Below the pieces are notes generated by a model. The model was not told where the DNA came from. It ran no database searches and saw nothing but the letters and a program-made list of their open reading frames with translations. Shown piece by piece: positions 25,823-30,219 of a DNA stretch of 30,219 bases. Both the position numbers and the translations under genes were made by a program. Source of the DNA: a virus (lineage: Duplodnaviria > Heunggongvirae > Uroviricota > Caudoviricetes); IMG/VR virus record IMGVR_UViG_2563366798_000006, positions 1 to 30,219 of that record; one strand, 5' to 3'. Within the stretch, counting starts at the first letter, position 1, and the number at the start of each line of letters is the position of its first letter.

Positions 25823-28262
25823 CAATGTAAAATTACAGGTATTGCTCAGGGCTGTTGACCAGGCATCCCGCCCGTTTAAATCCATCCGCACAGCGAGTAA
25901 GTCGCTGTCGGGGGATATCCGGGAAACACAAAAATCACTGCGCGAGCTGAACGGTCACGCATCCCGTATTGAGGGATTTCGCAAGACCAGCGCACAGCTC
26001 GCCGTGACTGGTCATGCACTTGAAAAGGCACGGCAGGAAGCCGAAGCCCTTGCCACACAGTTTAAAAACACTGAACGTCCGACCCGTGCTCAGGCGAAAG
26101 TGCTGGAATCCGCAAAGCGTGCGGCGGAGGACTTACAGGCGAAATATAACCGCCTGACGGATTCCGTTAAACGCCAGCAGCGGGAACTGGCCGCTGTGGG
26201 AATTAATACCCGCAATCTTGCACATGATGAGCAGGGACTGAAAAACCGTATCAGTGAAACCACCGCACAGCTTAACCGTCAGCGCGACGCGCTGGCGCGT
26301 GTCAGTGCGCAACAGGCAAAACTTAACGCAGTAAAACAGCGTTATCAGGCAGGAAAGGAACTGGCCGGAAATATGGCCTCGGTGGGCGCTGCCGGTGTGG
26401 GGATTGCGGCGGCGGGAACGATGGCCGGAGTTAAGCTGCTTATGCCCGGTTATGAGTTTGCGCAGAAAAACTCAGAATTGCAGGCCGTGCTCGGAGTGGC
26501 AAAAGACTCCGCCGAAATGACCGCACTACGCAAACAGGCGCGCCAGCTCGGCGACAATACCGCCGCCTCGGCGGATGATGCGGCCGGTGCACAGATAATC
26601 ATCGCGAAAGCGGGTGGGGATGTTGATGCCATTCAGGCGGCAACGCCGGTCACGCTGAATATGGCGCTGGCGAACCGCCGCACGATGGAAGAAAACGCCG
26701 CCCTGCTGATGGGGATGAAATCCGCCTTTCAGCTTTCAAACGATAAGGTCGCTCATATCGGGGATGTTCTCTCCATGACGATGAACAAAACCGCCGCCGA
26801 TTTTGACGGCATGAGCGATGCGCTGACCTATGCCGCACCTGTGGCAAAAAATGCCGGTGTCAGCATTGAAGAAACCGCCGCAATGGTCGGGGCGCTGCAT
26901 GATGCAAAAATCACAGGCTCAATGGCGGGGACGGGAAGCCGTGCCGTGTTAAGCCGCCTGCAGGCACCGACGGGAAAAGCATGGGATGCACTCAAAGAGC
27001 TTGGAGTGAAAACCTCAGACAGCAAGGGAAACACCCGGCCAATATTTACCATTCTGAAAGAAATGCAGGCCAGTTTTGAGAAAAACCGGCTCGGTACTGC
27101 CCAGCAGGCTGAATACATGAAAACTATTTTCGGGGAGGAGGCCAGCTCAGCCGCCGCCGTGCTGATGACTGCCGCCTCAACCGGAAAGCTGGACAAACTG
27201 ACCGCTGCGTTTAAAGCCTCAGACGGGAAGACCGCCGAGCTGGTAAATATCATGCAGGACAACCTCGGCGGTGACTTTAAAGAGTTTCAGTCCGCTTATG
27301 AGGCAGTGGGGACTGACCTGTTTGACCAGCAGGAAGGCGCGCTGCGTAAGCTCACGCAGACGGCCACAAAGTATATGTTAAAACTCGACGGCTGGATCCA
27401 GAAAAACAAATCACTGGCGTCAACCATCGGCATCATTGCCGGTGGCGCGCTGGCGCTGACTGGCATCATCGGTGCCATTGGCCTCGTAGCCTGGCCGGTT
27501 ATCACCGGCATCAATGCCATCATCGCGGCAGCAGGCGCAATGGGGGCAGTCTTCACGACGGTTGGCAGTGCTGTTATGACCGCCATCGGGGCTATTAGCT
27601 GGCCGGTTGTGGCCGTGGTGGCCGCCATTGTCGCCGGGGCGTTGCTTATCCGTAAATACTGGGAGCCTGTCAGCGCATTCTTTGGCGGTGTGGTTGAAGG
27701 GCTGAAAGTGGCATTTGCGCCGGTGGGGGAACTGTTCACGCCACTTAAGCCGGTGTTTGACTGGCTGGGTGAAAAGTTACAGGCCGCGTGGCAGTGGTTT
27801 AAAAACCTGATTGCCCCGGTCAAAGCCACTCAGGACACCCTGAACCGTTGCCGTGACACGGGGGTCATGTTCGGGCAGGCACTGGCTGACGCGCTGATGC
27901 TGCCGCTTAATGCGTTCAACAAACTGCGCAGCGGTATTGACTGGGTACTGGAAAAACTCGGTGTTATCAACAAAGAGTCAGACACACTTGACCAGACCGC
28001 CGCCAGAACTCAAGCCGCCACGTATGGCAGCGGTGGTTATATTCCGGCGACCAGCTCTTATGCAGGCTATCAGGCTTATCAGCCGATCACGGCACCGGCT
28101 GGCCGCTCTTATGTAGACCAGAGTAAAAACGAATATCACATCAGCCTGACGGGTGGTACTGCGCCGGGGACACAGCTTGACCGCCAGTTACAGGATGCGC
28201 TCGAAAAATACGAGCGGGATAAACGTGCGCGCGCCCGTGCCAGCATGATGCATGACGGTTAA
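25815..28262 (+). CDS. T: Tail tape measure protein T
   Basis: 815 aa, coiled-coil N-terminus, Ala/Gly-rich hydrophobic central segments, P2 gpT size and position. Confidence 0.9.
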   Translation: MSNNVKLQVLLRAVDQASRPFKSIRTASKSLSGDIRETQKSLRELNGHASRIEGFRKTSAQLAVTGHALEKARQEAEALATQFKNTERPTRAQAKVLESAKRAAEDLQAKYNRLTDSVKRQQRELAAVGINTRNLAHDEQGLKNRISETTAQLNRQRDALARVSAQQAKLNAVKQRYQAGKELAGNMASVGAAGVGIAAAGTMAGVKLLMPGYEFAQKNSELQAVLGVAKDSAEMTALRKQARQLGDNTAASADDAAGAQIIIAKAGGDVDAIQAATPVTLNMALANRRTMEENAALLMGMKSAFQLSNDKVAHIGDVLSMTMNKTAADFDGMSDALTYAAPVAKNAGVSIEETAAMVGALHDAKITGSMAGTGSRAVLSRLQAPTGKAWDALKELGVKTSDSKGNTRPIFTILKEMQASFEKNRLGTAQQAEYMKTIFGEEASSAAAVLMTAASTGKLDKLTAAFKASDGKTAELVNIMQDNLGGDFKEFQSAYEAVGTDLFDQQEGALRKLTQTATKYMLKLDGWIQKNKSLASTIGIIAGGALALTGIIGAIGLVAWPVITGINAIIAAAGAMGAVFTTVGSAVMTAIGAISWPVVAVVAAIVAGALLIRKYWEPVSAFFGGVVEGLKVAFAPVGELFTPLKPVFDWLGEKLQAAWQWFKNLIAPVKATQDTLNRCRDTGVMFGQALADALMLPLNAFNKLRSGIDWVLEKLGVINKESDTLDQTAARTQAATYGSGGYIPATSSYAGYQAYQPITAPAGRSYVDQSKNEYHISLTGGTAPGTQLDRQLQDALEKYERDKRARARASMMHDG

Positions 28263-28276
28263 GGAGGTGACGAAAA

Positions 28277-28756
28277 ATGATGCTCGCGTTAGGTATGTTT
28301 GTTTTTATGCGCCAGACGCTGCCACACCAGACCATGCAGCGTGAATCAGATTATCGCTGGCCGTCAAATTCCCGTATCGGCAAACGGGATGCCTTTCAAT
28401 TTCTCGGTGTGGGTGAGGAAAACATGACGCTTGCCGGTGTGCTTTATCCCGAACTGACCGGCGGAAAGCTGACGATGACCACGCTCAGGCTGATGGCGGA
28501 GGAAGGCCGGGCGTGGCCGTTGCTGGATGGCACTGGCATGATTTACGGCATGTATGTCATCAGCAAGGTGAGTGAAACAGGGAGTATTTTCTTTGCAGAC
28601 GGCACACCCCGAAAAATTGATTTTACGCTGTCGCTCACCCGCGTTGATGAATCACTGGCCGCGCTGTATGGCGATATCGGTAAACAGGCGGAATCGCTCA
28701 TCGGTAAGGCTGGCAGTATGGCGACCAGATTCACGGGTATGACGGGGGCGGAATAA
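28277..28756 (+). CDS. U: Tail protein U
   Basis: 159 aa, AAGGAGGTGA SD, P2 gpU size and position. Confidence 0.85.
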   Translation: MMLALGMFVFMRQTLPHQTMQRESDYRWPSNSRIGKRDAFQFLGVGEENMTLAGVLYPELTGGKLTMTTLRLMAEEGRAWPLLDGTGMIYGMYVISKVSETGSIFFADGTPRKIDFTLSLTRVDESLAALYGDIGKQAESLIGKAGSMATRFTGMTGAE

Positions 28757-29919
28757 TGCTGGATGCGCTGACATTTGATGCAGGCAGTACGCTGACGCCG
28801 GATTACATGCTGATGCTCGACAGCAGGGATATTACCGGCAATATCAGCGACCGTCTGATGAGCATGACCCTGACGGATAACCGGGGCTTTGAGGCTGACC
28901 AGCTTGATATTGAACTGAACGATGCCGACGGGCAGGTCGGGCTGCCGGTTCGTGGCGCTGTCCTGACGGTGTATATCGGCTGGAAAGGTTTTGCCCTGGT
29001 ATGCAAAGGGAAATTTACCGTTGATGAGGTTGAACACCGGGGCGCGCCGGATGTGGTCACCATCCGCGCCCGGAGTGCAGATTTTCGCGGGACGCTCAAT
29101 TCCCGCCGTGAAGGCTCCTGGCATGACACCACGCTCGGTGCGATTGTTGAGGCAATAGCCTCCCGTAACAAGCTGGAAGCCAGTGTCGCTCCGCCACTGG
29201 CCGGAATTAAAATCCCGCACATCGACCAGTCGCAGGAGTCCGATGCGAAATTCCTGACCCGTCTTGCTGAACGCAACGGCGGTGAGGTGTCGGTAAAAAT
29301 GGGAAAACTGTTGTTTCTCAAAGCGGGGCAGGGGGTGACGGCCAGCGGTAAGAAAATCCCGCAGATTACCATCACCCGCAGCGACGGCGACCGTCATCAT
29401 TTTGCGATTGCTGACCGTGGAGCCTACACCGGCGTAACGGCAAAGTGGTTACACACCAAAGACCCGAAGCCGCAAAAGCAGAAGGTAAAACTGAAACGCA
29501 AAAAGAAAGAGAAACACCTGCGCGCACTGGAGCACCCGAAAGCGAAACCGGTCACGCAGAAGAAAGCACCAAAAGTACCGGAAGCGCGCGAAGGTGAATA
29601 CATGGCCGGTGAGGCTGACAACGTTTTTGCCCTGACCACGGTATATGCCACGAAAGCGCAGGCAATGCGCGCCGCTCAGGCGAAGTGGGACAAACTGCAA
29701 CGGGGCGTTGCGGAGTTCTCCATCAGCCTTGCCACTGGTCGGGCTGATATTTACACGGAAACGCCGGTCAGAGTGTCAGGCTTTAAGCGCGTCATAGACG
29801 AGCAGGACTGGACAATCACTAAGGTGACACATTTTCTGAATAATAGCGGCTTCACGACGTCCTTAGAGCTTGAGGTCAGGCTTTCTGATGTGGAGTACGA
29901 AACAGAAGATGATGAGTGA
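28756..29919 (+). CDS. D: Tail protein D (late control region)
   Basis: 387 aa, start overlaps the U stop, P2 gpD size and position. Confidence 0.85.
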   Translation: MLDALTFDAGSTLTPDYMLMLDSRDITGNISDRLMSMTLTDNRGFEADQLDIELNDADGQVGLPVRGAVLTVYIGWKGFALVCKGKFTVDEVEHRGAPDVVTIRARSADFRGTLNSRREGSWHDTTLGAIVEAIASRNKLEASVAPPLAGIKIPHIDQSQESDAKFLTRLAERNGGEVSVKMGKLLFLKAGQGVTASGKKIPQITITRSDGDRHHFAIADRGAYTGVTAKWLHTKDPKPQKQKVKLKRKKKEKHLRALEHPKAKPVTQKKAPKVPEAREGEYMAGEADNVFALTTVYATKAQAMRAAQAKWDKLQRGVAEFSISLATGRADIYTETPVRVSGFKRVIDEQDWTITKVTHFLNNSGFTTSLELEVRLSDVEYETEDDE

Positions 29920-30000
29920 TGTTTTTATTTTATCTGTTTGTTTTATAAGGATAAATTAACTAAAATGACACCATCAAAAAAACCGGAAGAGGTGCTCGCG

Positions 30001-30219
30001 ATGTTTCATTGTCCTTTATGCCAGCATGCCGCACATGCGCGTACAAGCCGCTATATCACTGACACGACAAAAGAGCGTTATCACCAGTGTCAGAACGTGA
30101 ATTGCAGCGCCACGTTCATCACTTATGAGTCGGTACAGCGATACATCGTGAAGCCGGGAGAAGTCCACGCCGTGAGGCCGCACCCGTTGCCGTCAGGGCA
30201 GCAAATTATGTGGATGTGA
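30001..30219 (+). CDS. ogr: Late gene transcriptional activator Ogr (zinc finger)
   Basis: 72-aa product MFHCPLCQHAAHARTSRYITDTTKERYHQCQNVNCSATF... with the C-x2-C ... C-x4-C zinc-binding arrangement of P2 Ogr. Start at internal ATG 30001; stop is at the window edge. Confidence 0.85.
   Translation: MFHCPLCQHAAHARTSRYITDTTKERYHQCQNVNCSATFITYESVQRYIVKPGEVHAVRPHPLPSGQQIMWM

Noticed and set aside
10244-29700. Other overlapping or antisense ORFs inside structural genes (for example 10244-10702, 12022-12621, 12913-13359, 14055-14606, 15966-16454, 17661-18161, 18076-18645, 18554-19081, 23845-24531, 26828-27262, 27296-27829, 28543-29400, 28803-29375)
   Set aside because: Same reasoning: embedded in or antisense to conserved P2-type morphogenesis genes, with Arg/Ala/Ser-rich products typical of off-frame translation of GC-rich sequence.
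1-30219. CRISPR arrays, tRNA or rRNA genes, IS elements or transposases, integrase and att sites
   Set aside because: No regularly spaced short repeats, no tRNA-like cloverleaf candidates noticed, and no transposase- or integrase-like ORFs. The window begins and ends inside the prophage, so int and att must lie outside it.

Overview
The window is almost entirely a P2-like (Peduovirus-type) prophage from an enterobacterial host, identified by gene order and recalled protein similarity, not by any search. Reading left to right: the tail of the early/replication region (orf80-, TraR/orf82- and orf83-like genes, then replication initiator A with an HWH motif and a Y-x3-Y tyrosine pair); an AT-rich cargo island at the position of the P2 tin/old (TO) hotspot; the cos site; divergent Q-P (minus strand) and O-N-M-L-X-Y-K-lysA-lysB-lysC-R-S-V-W-J-I-H-G (plus strand); a second AT-rich cargo island at the Z/fun hotspot position; then FI-FII-E/E'-T-U-D and ogr. 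Integrase and att sites lie outside the window. The two cargo islands are the interesting part. The TO-position island (about 3.2-6.7 kb) carries an orphan ImmA/IrrE-type HEXXH metallopeptidase with its own promoter and terminator, a two-transmembrane protein gene whose ribosome-binding site sits inside that terminator hairpin, and a convergent 313-aa protein with an R-N-x3-H (HEPN-like) motif. None of these resembles P2 Tin or Old. The Z/fun-position island (about 21.8-23.6 kb) carries a single 369-aa N-terminally membrane-anchored protein. I consider these candidate prophage-encoded anti-phage or superinfection-exclusion modules, possibly undescribed, but I cannot verify novelty or function without database searches and experiments. 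All coordinates were hand-counted from the printed sequence.
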